Positions 44,780-52,780 of a DNA stretch of 64,000 bases are shown here, piece after piece (the stretch's first letter is position 1; each line of letters begins with the position of its first letter). The notes beneath the pieces are model-generated. The model was not told where the DNA came from. It did not search any database and was given only the letters and a program-made list of their open reading frames with translations. Position numbers and translations under genes: made by a program. Source of the stretch: an uncultured Lachnospiraceae bacterium (GTDB taxonomy: Bacteria > Bacillota > Clostridia > Lachnospirales > Lachnospiraceae); the NCBI GenBank assembly GCA_910579465.1, contig CAJTUB010000007.1:15714-79713 (forward strand). Direction: 5' to 3'.

Positions 44780-45232
44780 CTAATTTGCCGGAAGATTCTT
44801 GTAGATATCGGCAATCCGCACAGCCTTTTCCGGGAAATTAGCCTGCAGATACATCAGATATTGCAGCGCGCTTCCCTCATAAGGATGTAAATCTCCGAAT
44901 AAACCGACCTCATAGCAGTTACGGATTATGTTGATGATACAGTTTTCTGTATGGTCTTCCTTGCAGTCCTTACATTCCTTCAGAATGTGTGCGATAGCAA
45001 TTTCCAGCTCTTCTTCTTCAAAAACTTTGAAATCGGAAATCGGAATATGCTCCATACCGTCCGGAACTTCTTTTTTGGGCTCTTTCCGGTAGTTTTCAAT
45101 ACATTGTTTCGCAAAGCCTATGGTACAGGCTTCTCCCTGACATTGACCACAGAGCGCCTCGCTTCTGCAGCAGTTCCCCAAATCCTCCCAGACCAAATCG
45201 GCATTCAACCCTTTCTTATGTACGTCTGCCAT
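44780..45232 (-). CDS. Cys-rich hypothetical protein
   Basis: 150 aa with GNCCRSEALCGQCQGEAC and ECKDCKEDHTENC clusters. RBS ACGGAGGTG. Confidence 0.65.
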   Translation of the reverse strand: MADVHKKGLNADLVWEDLGNCCRSEALCGQCQGEACTIGFAKQCIENYRKEPKKEVPDGMEHIPISDFKVFEEEELEIAIAHILKECKDCKEDHTENCIINIIRNCYEVGLFGDLHPYEGSALQYLMYLQANFPEKAVRIADIYKNLPAN

Positions 45233-45355
45233 AAGACACCTCCGTTTTTAATTTTTGGTTTAGAAAAATATGTTGTGATATAGTATAACATAAGGGAGCC
45301 ACCATTTGCAATATGGGATATGACCTCGTAAAATGAAAATTTTGTAAGAAACGGC

Positions 45356-45384
45356 TTGACATCCTATAAAAACCATGCTAAACT
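45356..45384 (+). promoter_or_regulatory. rplU operon promoter
   Basis: TTGACA, a 17-nt spacer, then TAAACT. Confidence 0.55.
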
Positions 45385-45390
45385 ATTTTA

Positions 45391-45476
45391 GTGTGCCGCA
45401 CAGCGAGGTTCAAGCTCTGCCCGTTTTCCGGAAGCAGACACCAAAGCTGGCGAGTATTGTAAACAGGAGGTGCCAT
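45391..45476 (+). promoter_or_regulatory. Candidate ribosomal protein L21 leader
   Basis: A 5' UTR of about 90 nt with CUGC/GCAG and CCG/CGG stems precedes rplU. Firmicute rplU operons commonly carry such a leader. This one was not matched to a covariance model. Confidence 0.4.
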
Positions 45477-45785
45477 ATGTACGCAATCATTGCAACAGGT
45501 GGTAAACAGTACAAAGTTGCCGAGGGCGACGTGATTAAGGTTGAGAAACTCGGTGTTGAGGCTGGCAATGCAGTAACGTTTGACCGTGTGCTTGCCGTAA
45601 ATAACGGTTCTTTGTCGGTAGGAAATCCTACCGTTGCCGGAGCTACCGTTTCCGCTACCGTAGTAGAGGAAGGAAAGGCAAAGAAGGTTATTGTTTACCG
45701 GTATAAGAGAAAGTCCGGATACCATAAGAAGAACGGTCACAGACAGCCTTATACCAAGGTTAAGATTGAAAAAATCAACGCTTAG
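45477..45785 (+). CDS. rplU: 50S ribosomal protein L21
   Basis: [18 protein letters not shown] follows AGGAGGTG. Confidence 0.95.
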   Translation: MYAIIATGGKQYKVAEGDVIKVEKLGVEAGNAVTFDRVLAVNNGSLSVGNPTVAGATVSATVVEEGKAKKVIVYRYKRKSGYHKKNGHRQPYTKVKIEKINA

Positions 45786-45797
45786 TTTTTATATCGT

Positions 45798-46145
45798 ATG
45801 ATTACCGTTACATTTTATACGAAAGAAACCGGGCCAAAGGCCAGTGAAGCGTCCATTACCGGTTTTCGTTCCGAGGGACATGCAGGCTATGCAAAGCATG
45901 GCAGGGATATTATCTGTGCCGCAGTATCGGCTCTGGTGATTAACACTATGAATTCGGTGCATGCGCTTACCACGGATGTATTTGCTTATGATACGGACGA
46001 GAAAAAGGGAATGGTCGAATTTAAGATTACTTCCGCAGTCAGTCCTGAAGCGTCGCTTTTGCTTCGCTCCCTTTTCTTAGGGCTTAAGAATATTCAGGAG
46101 GAGTACGGAGAGAAGTATTTATGTATTGTAGTTCAGAATTCATAA
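45798..46145 (+). CDS. prp: Ribosomal-processing cysteine protease Prp
   Basis: GHAGYAKHGRDIICAAVSAL motif. It lies between rplU and rpmA. Confidence 0.9.
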   Translation: MITVTFYTKETGPKASEASITGFRSEGHAGYAKHGRDIICAAVSALVINTMNSVHALTTDVFAYDTDEKKGMVEFKITSAVSPEASLLLRSLFLGLKNIQEEYGEKYLCIVVQNS

Positions 46146-46158
46146 GGAGGTATAGGTC

Positions 46159-46446
46159 ATGTTTAAGATGAACCTTCAGTTTTTCGCTCATAAAAAGGGT
46201 GTAGGTTCCACGAAGAACGGCAGAGATTCCGAATCGAAGCGTCTTGGCGCAAAGCGTGCGGATGGTCAGTTTGTTCTTGCCGGTAATATTCTTTACAGAC
46301 AGCGTGGCACCAAGATTCATCCGGGCATTAATGTCGGCCGCGGCGGCGATGACACATTATATGCACTGGTGGACGGTGTTTTAAGATTTGAGAGAAAGGG
46401 ACGCGACAAGAAGCAGGCTTCCGTATATCCGGTTGATGCAAAGTAG
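46159..46446 (+). CDS. rpmA: 50S ribosomal protein L27 with a cleavable N-terminal extension
   Basis: [24 protein letters not shown]. Confidence 0.95.
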   Translation: MFKMNLQFFAHKKGVGSTKNGRDSESKRLGAKRADGQFVLAGNILYRQRGTKIHPGINVGRGGDDTLYALVDGVLRFERKGRDKKQASVYPVDAK

Positions 46447-46472
46447 GTTCCGATTTATTTGAATGAAACACG

Positions 46473-46516
46473 ATAAACCCTGAATTCTTTTTGTAATGAA
46501 TTTAGGGTTTATTTTG
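46473..46516 (+). terminator. Intrinsic terminator after rpmA
   Basis: ATAAACCCTGAATT, a loop, then AATTTAGGGTTTAT followed by TTTG. Confidence 0.7.
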
Positions 46517-46534
46517 TCATAGGAGGTGAAAACG

Positions 46535-47815
46535 ATGTTTGCAGACAGAGCAGAAATTTATATCCGTTCCGGAAAAGGCGGAGATGGAAGCGTATCCTTC
46601 CGGCGTGAGCTTTTTGTTGCGGCAGGCGGTCCGAACGGCGGCGACGGCGGAAAGGGCGGCGATATTATTTTTGAAGTGGACGACGGGTTAAATACGTTGT
46701 CGGATTACCGCTTTATCCGGAAGCATTGTGCGGAAGACGGTCAGAACGGAGGCACGAACCACTGTACCGGACGCAACGGGGCGGACAAGATATTAAAGGT
46801 GCCGGAGGGTACCGTAATCCGGGAAAAGGAATCCGGGAAGGTGATTACCGATATGTCGCACGGAAACCGCCGCGAGGTGATTTTAAAGGGCGGCAGGGGT
46901 GGCAAAGGAAACCAGCATTACGCCACTGCGACCATGCAGGTGCCGAAGTACGCGCAGCCGGGGCAGGATGCGCAGGAGCTGAACGTCATTCTGGAGCTGA
47001 AGGTCATTGCGGATGTCGGTCTGATTGGCTTCCCGAATGTCGGGAAATCGACCTTTTTGTCCCGTGTAACCAATGCAAAGCCGAAGATTGCAAACTATCA
47101 TTTCACTACGTTGAATCCGAATCTTGGCGTTGTGGATATGGTGGATGGAAACGGCTTCGTAATTGCAGATATTCCGGGACTGATTGAGGGCGCCTCGGAA
47201 GGAATCGGACTCGGCCACGAGTTTTTACGCCATGTGGAGCGTACCCGTGTGATGATTCATATTGTCGATGCAGCTTCCACCGAAGGGCGGGATCCGGTAG
47301 AGGATATCCGGACCATCAACGCGGAGCTTGCTGCCTACAATGAGGCACTTGCAAAGAAGCCGCAGATTATTGCGGCAAATAAAACCGATGTCATGCTTCC
47401 GGAGGAAGCAGAAGATGTAGTTTCGCGTCTGCGTGAGGCGTTTGATATTCCGGTTTATTCCATTTCAGCCGTCAGCGGCAAGGGCGTGAAGGAGCTTTTG
47501 TACGCGGTTTCCGGGCTACTGCAGGAGACGAAAGAGGAGCCGGTTGTATTTGAACGGGAGTTTTCACTGGATACGCTGACCCTTCCGGACGAGCCGTTTA
47601 CCGTGGAATATTCCGAAGAGGAAAAGCTTTATATTGTAGAGGGCCCGCGGATTGAAAAGATGCTTGGCTATACGAATATCGATTCCGAAAAAGGGTTTGA
47701 GTTTTTCCAGAACTTTTTAAAAAACAACGGCATTCTGGACGAGCTGGAAGCACTTGGCATACAGGACGGCGATACGGTGCGTATGTACGGACTGCAATTT
47801 GATTATTATAAGTAA
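46535..47815 (+). CDS. obg: GTPase Obg
   Basis: ATG at 46535 follows AGGAGG. MFADRAEIYIRSGKGGDG, G1 motif GFPNVGKST, and a C-terminal OCT domain. Confidence 0.95.
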   Translation: MFADRAEIYIRSGKGGDGSVSFRRELFVAAGGPNGGDGGKGGDIIFEVDDGLNTLSDYRFIRKHCAEDGQNGGTNHCTGRNGADKILKVPEGTVIREKESGKVITDMSHGNRREVILKGGRGGKGNQHYATATMQVPKYAQPGQDAQELNVILELKVIADVGLIGFPNVGKSTFLSRVTNAKPKIANYHFTTLNPNLGVVDMVDGNGFVIADIPGLIEGASEGIGLGHEFLRHVERTRVMIHIVDAASTEGRDPVEDIRTINAELAAYNEALAKKPQIIAANKTDVMLPEEAEDVVSRLREAFDIPVYSISAVSGKGVKELLYAVSGLLQETKEEPVVFEREFSLDTLTLPDEPFTVEYSEEEKLYIVEGPRIEKMLGYTNIDSEKGFEFFQNFLKNNGILDELEALGIQDGDTVRMYGLQFDYYK

Positions 47816-47826
47816 GTGAGGATACT

Positions 47827-48120
47827 ATGACGACAAAACAAAGAGCATATTTAAAGGGACTTGCCATGAACCTTGACCCGGTGTTCCAGATCGGGAAGGG
47901 CGGACTGACCACGGAGTATTTTGAAAGCGTGGAGGAGGCCTTAGAGGCAAGGGAACTGATTAAGATTTCCGTGTTAAAAAACTGTATGGAGGACCCGAAG
48001 GAGCTTGCTTTTACGATTGCCGGACATACCGATGCGGAGGTCGTGCAGGTAATCGGAAAGAAGCTTGTGCTTTACCGTGAGGCAAGACAGCCGGAAAAGA
48101 GAAAAATAGTTCTTCCATAG
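47827..48120 (+). CDS. yhbY: YhbY-family (CRM domain) RNA-binding protein
   Basis: KQRAYLKGLAMNLDPVFQIGKGGLT. Confidence 0.88.
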   Translation: MTTKQRAYLKGLAMNLDPVFQIGKGGLTTEYFESVEEALEARELIKISVLKNCMEDPKELAFTIAGHTDAEVVQVIGKKLVLYREARQPEKRKIVLP

Positions 48121-48221
48121 TCAGATACCCCGCAGCGAAAGCTACGGGGCCATGACTTAGCCTTCGCGCGAATAAATCTTGCAGGATGCATGCCGCCTCT
48201 GACGGCAGAACGGAGTATGAA

Positions 48222-49415
48222 ATGAAGAAAATCGGCATTCTCGGCGGGACGTTTAACCCGGTCCATAACGGGCATCTGGCGCTTGGCGAGGCAGCAATGG
48301 AGCAGTACGGGCTTACGGAGGTATGGCTGATGCCATCAAAGCTCCCGCCTCATAAGCCGCATTTTGCCATCCTTCCGGAGAAGCACCGTCTTGCCATGGT
48401 AAAGCTTGCGGCAAAAACAAACGAAAGGTTTGTCGTTTCCGATTTTGAGCTTCTGCGGGAGGGACTTACCTATACGGCAGATACACTGGAGCTTCTGACA
48501 AAGGAGTATCCGGACTGCCGGTTTTACTTTATCGTCGGCGGCGATTCCCTGGTGAATTTTTTGAACTGGAGGCAGCCGGAGCGGATTCTTGAGCTGGCGG
48601 CGCTTTTGGGTGCAGGGCGTGCAGGAATCGGGAAAGAAACGATAAACCAGGCGGCAGAGGCGCTGCGGAAGGCGGTTCCGGGAGCCGAGGTCGGTATCGT
48701 ACAGCTTTCTGATTATCCGGTTTCCTCAAAGGAAATCCGCAAGGCGTTTTTTACCGGAAAGGCAGAGCGCATAAGATCCTTTTTGCCGGAAGAGGTCTAC
48801 CGGTATCTGATGGAGAACCAGCTGTTTTCAAAAGTTACTTACGATGAGCTTGATGCAGAGATGCAGCGGATTCTTCCGAGAAAGAGGTATCTTCATACTG
48901 TCGCGGTAGCACACCTTGCGGCAGCCTATGCCGCCGCGCGCGGTCTTGCTCCGGAGAAGGCGCTTCTTGCGGGGATTCTGCATGACTGTGCCAAGGCCTA
49001 TACCGATGAGGCGCTGCTTGCCGAATGTGAACGGTGTTCTCTTCTGGTAACGGAGGTCGAACGAAGAAACGGCTTTTTGCTGCATGCAAAGCTGGGAGCA
49101 TATTATGCAAAGGAACGCTATTTTATTACTGACGGAGAAATACTTTCCGCTATCCGTTACCATACGACAGGCCGTCCGGGCATGACAGACTATGAAAAGA
49201 TAGTGTTTCTTGCGGATTATCTGGAACCGTTCCGGACCCAGCCGACGACGCCGGTTCTGGACGAAATACGGAAAATTGCCTTTTCCGACCTTGACAGGGC
49301 AGTGTTTCTTGCCTTGGAAAACACGGTAAGCTATTTGTCTGCAAAGGGGCAGGAAATCGATTTTACTACGGTAGAGACCTATGAAGAATATAAGAAAAAA
49401 ATGAGGAGGCAGTAA
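48222..49415 (+). CDS. nadD: Fusion of nicotinate-nucleotide adenylyltransferase (NadD) and a YqeK-type HD hydrolase
   Basis: N-terminal half has GGTFNPVHNGH and VSSKEIR. C-terminal half has RYLHTVAVAH, ILHDCAK and RYHTTGRPGM. It is one uninterrupted frame. Confidence 0.88.
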   Translation: MKKIGILGGTFNPVHNGHLALGEAAMEQYGLTEVWLMPSKLPPHKPHFAILPEKHRLAMVKLAAKTNERFVVSDFELLREGLTYTADTLELLTKEYPDCRFYFIVGGDSLVNFLNWRQPERILELAALLGAGRAGIGKETINQAAEALRKAVPGAEVGIVQLSDYPVSSKEIRKAFFTGKAERIRSFLPEEVYRYLMENQLFSKVTYDELDAEMQRILPRKRYLHTVAVAHLAAAYAAARGLAPEKALLAGILHDCAKAYTDEALLAECERCSLLVTEVERRNGFLLHAKLGAYYAKERYFITDGEILSAIRYHTTGRPGMTDYEKIVFLADYLEPFRTQPTTPVLDEIRKIAFSDLDRAVFLALENTVSYLSAKGQEIDFTTVETYEEYKKKMRRQ

Positions 49416-49417
49416 AG

Positions 49418-49771
49418 ATGGCAAAACGGGCAGATGAGATTGTAAAAATTGCTTATAAGGCACTGGACGATAAGAAGGCAGAGGATATCAAAATCATTGA
49501 TATCGGGGATATTTCCGTAATTGCAGACTATTTCGTAATTGCAAACGGCACCAATTCCTCACAGGTGGAGGCGATGGTAGACCAGGTGACGGACGAACTT
49601 GCAAAGCAGGACATTCATCCTGCGCGGGTGGAGGGAATCCGCTCCTCGGGCTGGATTCTGATGGACTTCAACGATGTCGTGATACACATTTTCTCCAAGG
49701 AGGACCGTCTGTTTTATGATTTAGAGCGTATCTGGAGAGACGGAAAAATTGTGGAGCCGGAGAGCCTGTAA
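49418..49771 (+). CDS. rsfS: Ribosome silencing factor RsfS
   Basis: DIKIIDIGDISVIADYFVIANGTNSSQVEAM. Confidence 0.92.
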   Translation: MAKRADEIVKIAYKALDDKKAEDIKIIDIGDISVIADYFVIANGTNSSQVEAMVDQVTDELAKQDIHPARVEGIRSSGWILMDFNDVVIHIFSKEDRLFYDLERIWRDGKIVEPESL

Positions 49772-49857
49772 GGGATATGGAATAACGAATAAGCGCTGTC
49801 TGTGTTTACTTGGAGCAGGCGGCGCTTTGGTTTTATAAAAAGGAAGGGGAGGTTCCT

Positions 49858-50586
49858 ATGAAAAATGCTTTTTTCGTTTCTGCTCTGTTTCTTATCGCAA
49901 TGTTATGCGGCTGCAAAGGCTATGAACCGGCAATGACAGGCGAAGCCGCAATCGAAGCCGTATTGGCGGAAGGACAGCAGTATTTCGCGGAGGGGTTTGA
50001 TGAATGGCAGTCCTGGAGTGTCCGTAGGGCGGAGTTTCAGACGATTGAGCTGGAAACGCTATTGGACAAGAAATACAACGGAACAAAGTACATATGGCAT
50101 GTAGTTTTTCAGAATGATGACGGGACGCGCTCGGTGCAGTTTGTTGTAAAGGATGATAATCAGAAGGTATTACGCGGCTGGGACAGTATGGATGCGGTCG
50201 TGGATTATAAGGAGAAGCCGGAAGCGGAGTACGGATATACGGCAGAGGATGTGATTATCCGGGCAGTTTTATATGAGGAATTGCAGATAGAACGACAGCG
50301 CTATAGCCGTGACTTTGAGAATAAACATGTTTATGTATATTTAGATCATTATGGTGCGTATAACGAGGAAAGGCTCAGGGATCTGGACGGGAAAAGAAAC
50401 GGGGAATTTGTGATTCCTGTTTTGGAATGGACAATGTTTTTGGGAAAGAAAAACATTCCTTTAGGAAAACAGGCGTGGAGAGTAACCTTTTGTAATCAGG
50501 AGGAACATGAAGACTGGTGTGTAGACCGCAGGGTAATTATCGGGTATGACCTGAAGGCGTACGGATATGAGGATACCAGCTGGTAA
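49858..50586 (+). CDS. Hypothetical lipoprotein
   Basis: ATG at 49858 follows GGGGAGG. Lipobox MLCGC. Confidence 0.65.
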   Translation: MKNAFFVSALFLIAMLCGCKGYEPAMTGEAAIEAVLAEGQQYFAEGFDEWQSWSVRRAEFQTIELETLLDKKYNGTKYIWHVVFQNDDGTRSVQFVVKDDNQKVLRGWDSMDAVVDYKEKPEAEYGYTAEDVIIRAVLYEELQIERQRYSRDFENKHVYVYLDHYGAYNEERLRDLDGKRNGEFVIPVLEWTMFLGKKNIPLGKQAWRVTFCNQEEHEDWCVDRRVIIGYDLKAYGYEDTSW

Positions 50587-50684
50587 TGCAGGAAAATAGT
50601 ACGGAATCAACGGGGCTGTGCTTTTTGCAACAGCCCTGTCGTGTATTATCCGGAAAAGGCTCCTGGCTCTTTTCGTTTTTCAAA

Positions 50685-51299
50685 TCAGAATATCCGGAAC
50701 AGTCCGATTACCTTCCCGAGAATCTCGACTTCGTTTACGATAATCGGGTTCATCGTGTCATTTTCCGGCTGCAGGCGGTAGTAGCCGTCCTCTTTATAAA
50801 AGGTCTTTACCGTAACGGAATCCTCAATCAGAGCAACGACAAAATCCCCGTTTTTGGCATAATTCTGCTTCTTGACAAGAATCTGGTCGCCGTCAAAAAT
50901 GCCGGCATTTACCATACTTTCTCCTTTTACATGCAGCATAAAGGTCTCAGCATTCGGAAGATAGTCTACCGGGATAGGGAAGTAGGACTCTATATTTTCT
51001 ACTGCAAGAATCGGCTGTCCTGCGGTAACGGTGCCGATGACCGGGATGTAGGACATCTCGCGGCGCGTAATATTAAAATTATCGTCTACAATCTCGATGG
51101 CACGCGGCTTTGCAGGGTCGCGGCGGATGTATCCGTTCTTTTCCAGACTTTCCAGATGGGCATGAACGGAAGAGGTAGACTTCAGCTTTACTGCCTCACA
51201 AATTTCCCGTACTGCCGGGGGATATCCCTTATTTAAAATCTGTTCCTTCATAAAATCTAATATTTCCTGCTGCTTTCCTGTGATTTTCCCGTAGCTCAT
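50685..51299 (-). CDS. lexA: LexA repressor
   Basis: An N-terminal wHTH (GYPPAVREICEAV) and an S24 domain (GESMVNAGI...VKK). Confidence 0.95.
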   Translation of the reverse strand: MSYGKITGKQQEILDFMKEQILNKGYPPAVREICEAVKLKSTSSVHAHLESLEKNGYIRRDPAKPRAIEIVDDNFNITRREMSYIPVIGTVTAGQPILAVENIESYFPIPVDYLPNAETFMLHVKGESMVNAGIFDGDQILVKKQNYAKNGDFVVALIEDSVTVKTFYKEDGYYRLQPENDTMNPIIVNEVEILGKVIGLFRIF

Positions 51300-51339
51300 A
51301 AAATACCTCCTCAGAGTGTAATATCATATTTTCAGATTC

Positions 51340-51369
51340 AGTATAGCATACAGAACGCCCGTTTGTCAA
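51340..51369 (-). promoter_or_regulatory. lexA promoter with an embedded LexA (Cheo-type) box
   Basis: Minus strand reads TTGACA, an 18-nt spacer, then TATACT. The box GAACGCCCGTTT (51353-51364) has one mismatch to GAAC-N4-GTTC. Confidence 0.6.
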
Positions 51370-51399
51370 ACTTTTGTTCGAAAAAACTTGTTTTATCTA

Positions 51400-51455
51400 T
51401 TGACAAACGAATGTTCGCATGGTATATTGTAAACAGATGTTCGGAATGTATGTTC
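51400..51455 (+). promoter_or_regulatory. Promoter of the yneA-like gene with two LexA-type boxes
   Basis: TTGACA, a 17-nt spacer, then TATATT. AACGAATGTTCG (51406-51417) lies in the spacer and GAATGTATGTTC (51444-51455) lies downstream. Each box has one mismatch. Confidence 0.6.
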
Positions 51456-51483
51456 TGTTTTTTGAAATCAGGAGGTAGATGTT

Positions 51484-51876
51484 ATGGAAAGAGAGTACGA
51501 AAGAAAGTATGATATGGAGTACCGTTCGTTCAGGGAAATTTCTGCCGCAAGACGTAAGAGAAGAAACAGGCTTCGTTTACAGCGCCTGTTTGCAGTCATA
51601 CTGTTTGCATCATTAGTGTCGCCATGTCTTTATCTGGTTGTGCCTTCGGTAAAAGCAAAGGCAGAGAGCGGCATTTCCTACGAGCGGCGGATAGTTTCCG
51701 TCCGTGTAGCGGAGAATGATTCGCTTTGGAAAATTGCGGAACGCTTTTACTGCAAAGAAAAAGAAAGTATTCCTGACTTTATAGACGACATCCGGCGGAT
51801 TAACCACCTGGAAAGCGATACGATTTATCCGGATACTTATCTTATTATTCAATATTACGTAAAGAAAGCGCCGTAG
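51484..51876 (+). CDS. LysM-domain membrane protein, YneA-like SOS cell-division inhibitor candidate
   Basis: It is divergent from lexA, as yneA is in B. subtilis. It has a TM helix and a LysM domain (VAENDSLWKIAERF...IYPDTYLII). Confidence 0.75.
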   Translation: MEREYERKYDMEYRSFREISAARRKRRNRLRLQRLFAVILFASLVSPCLYLVVPSVKAKAESGISYERRIVSVRVAENDSLWKIAERFYCKEKESIPDFIDDIRRINHLESDTIYPDTYLIIQYYVKKAP

Positions 51877-52612
51877 CCTGTTTGGAACTCCCGTCCGCTT
51901 TCCGCCATGCCGGGAGAGTCCCGTCGGTTATGGCATGGAACAGCCGTTCTTTTGCTCCTTTGTTTTCTTTGTTCAGACGTGTTACCAGTTCTTTTGCATA
52001 GGCACGTCTGGTATAGCCGTCAGCCGGACATGGGTTCTTCTGGACCGGCAGGTCGTATTTCTTCTGGAATCCGACGATATCTGCTTCCTCCACATAGATC
52101 AGCGGACGTATCAGTGTAATATCCGAACGGTCCAGATAGGTGACAGGAGAGAAGCAGCTATAACGGCCTTCGTAGAGTAGGGACAGAAGCATGGTTTCCA
52201 CTACGTCGTCCTTATGGTGGGCATAGGCGGATTTGTTGCAGCCTAACTCCTTTGCCTTATCGTTAAATGCCCCTTTTCTCAGCTTTGCACAAAGAGAGCA
52301 GGGATTGCTTTCTTTCCGGATGTTGAAAATCACATCTCCGATTTCAGTCTTCTGTATATAATATGGAACCTCCAGTTCCGCACAAAGTTTCTCAATTCCG
52401 CTTAAGTCAAATGTACCAAAGCCAAGGTCCACCGTAATTGCATAAAGTGTAAAAGGCTTCGGATAAAAGCGGCGGAGACCAGCAAGCGCATAAAGCAGTG
52501 CAAGGGAGTCTTTTCCCCCGGAAATACCGACTGCAATTTTATCTCCCGGCTGTATCATCTGGTAATCATCCACGGCTTTCCGTGTGTAGCTTAATAATTG
52601 CTGTAGTTTCAT
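51845..52612 (-). CDS. PP-loop ATPase, tRNA 2-thiocytidine synthase TtcA-like
   Basis: SGGKDS PP-loop and a CSLCAKLRKG motif. Its 3' end overlaps the convergent LysM gene by 32 nt. Confidence 0.82.
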   Translation of the reverse strand: MKLQQLLSYTRKAVDDYQMIQPGDKIAVGISGGKDSLALLYALAGLRRFYPKPFTLYAITVDLGFGTFDLSGIEKLCAELEVPYYIQKTEIGDVIFNIRKESNPCSLCAKLRKGAFNDKAKELGCNKSAYAHHKDDVVETMLLSLLYEGRYSCFSPVTYLDRSDITLIRPLIYVEEADIVGFQKKYDLPVQKNPCPADGYTRRAYAKELVTRLNKENKGAKERLFHAITDGTLPAWRKADGSSKQATALSLRNIE

Positions 52613-52780
52613 GTCTGCAGTCCTTTCCAGTGTTTTCCGTATATACGGGAGTATAGGGCAAAATGCATACTAACTATACCATATCCTGCGTTTTTTGACA
52701 AGTTTTTTACCCTTTTTCCCATTTGACACACTTATAACACTTTTCTTTTTTACAATAAAGTCCGTACGAATGAACTGTCA

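Noticed and set aside
50586-51236. A 216-aa plus-strand ORF lies antisense to lexA. Similar long antisense ORFs occur at 1417-1971, 5535-6152, 8203-8934, 19134-19652, 36333-36938 and 41713-42066.
   Set aside because: These are shadow frames typical of GC-rich coding DNA, and each is fully contained in a well-supported gene on the other strand.
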